Origin: Heptranchias perlo
Taxonomy: Eukaryota
Assembly: GCF_035084215.1 (NCBI RefSeq)
Contig: NC_090354.1
Span: 25,048,001-25,112,000 of the forward strand
DNA: 64,000 nucleotides
Direction: 5' to 3'
Shown here one piece after another: positions 63,081-64,000 of the stretch. The notes under the pieces were generated by a model. It was given only the letters and a program-made list of their open reading frames with translations, was not told the origin of the DNA and did no database searches. Each line of letters opens with the position of its first letter. Positions within the stretch are counted from its first letter, which is position 1. Made by a program: the position numbers and the translations under genes.

Positions 63081-63895
63081 TTTTTAAAAAGGCAGCAAAA
63101 TATCCAGAATTAACTTTTTTTTCTGCTAGTCTGTTCCACATCTGCTATCTTGTGGGGTAAAATTTTTTCTTAAACTATAACAAGAATAGAGATTATGTAT
63201 TTTGTAATTGCATCTTCGAATTCTGTGTTTCCTGTCCATGTTAAATAGCCCACTTAACTCCGATTTATCCATTAATCTAAAGACCTGTACTGTGTCTCCT
63301 CTCCATTCTCTTTCCAGCAATGGGAATAAACTCAGTCACCAATGTCTTCCTTCATAATTTAGTTGCTCCAAGCCATGGAATTGATAGGCCAAGCAGGTTA
63401 AGGAACTCAGGAGCCAATGAAAATGTACTGAGCTCAGCCAGTAGGGAGGTGTCCCATCAGGCACTGAGCTGGGTCCAATAGAATTAAATCTCAGGGGCAA
63501 AAAAAAAGCATTAAAAGTACAAGGACCCCCCAGCACAGAGTCCCCCATGACTTGGAGGGACTAAATTATGAAGAAAGACATAGGTGATTGAGTTTATTCC
63601 CATTGCTGGAAAGAGAATGGAGAGGAGACACAGTACAGGTCTTTAGACTAATTGATAAGTCAGAGATAAGCGGGCTATTTAACATGGACAGTGATAAGCG
63701 GGCTATTTAACATGGACAGTGATAAGCGGGCTATTTAACATGGACAGTGAACAGAATTTGAGGATGCAATTATAAAATACATAAACTATAACAAGAATAG
63801 AGATTAAGAAAATTAGTTACCCCACAAGATAGCAGATGTGGAACAGACTCGCAGAAAAAAAAGTTAATTCTGGGTCAATTGCTGCCTTTAAAAAA
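63081..63895. repeat. Large inverted repeat made of a duplicated CR1 LINE 3' fragment
   Basis: Arms about 63081-63378 and 63545-63895 are reverse complements; right arm has a 28-bp unit x3 at about 63665-63748. Confidence 0.9.
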
Positions 63896-64000
63896 TAGGG
63901 TTGCCAACTCTGATTGCACGTATTTCTGGAGGTTTTAGCACATGACCTCCCACCCAGTCAAACAGCCTTTTTTCCCCCATCTCCAATATTTTTATAACAA

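Overview
Eukaryotic, repeat-rich vertebrate DNA. The SINE/LINE repertoire (HER1-type CR1, SacSINE1-like DeuSINE, LF-SINE-like, Harbinger MITEs) points to a cartilaginous fish, probably a shark (inference). The one confidently identified protein-coding gene is TMEM98 on the + strand: six coding exons at 39095-48757, all introns GT-AG, 681 nt = 226 aa + stop. The rest is mostly interspersed repeats and three 2-3 kb minisatellites (36, 32/34 and 20 bp units), which generate all of the long ORFs in the track. Most notable observations: (i) two short Penelope-type inserts carrying minimal hammerhead ribozyme motifs, in opposite orientations inside TMEM98 introns and bracketing coding exons 4-5; (ii) a 2-kb PIF/Harbinger deletion derivative keeping convergent transposase and Myb/SANT gene 5' ends, plus related MITEs; (iii) a candidate spliced minus-strand transcript downstream of TMEM98 that could encode an unrecognised Cys-rich peptide; (iv) a LINE-derived foldback with an internal micro-inversion. 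Repeat family names come from recall of consensus sequences, not a database search, and repeat boundaries are approximate.
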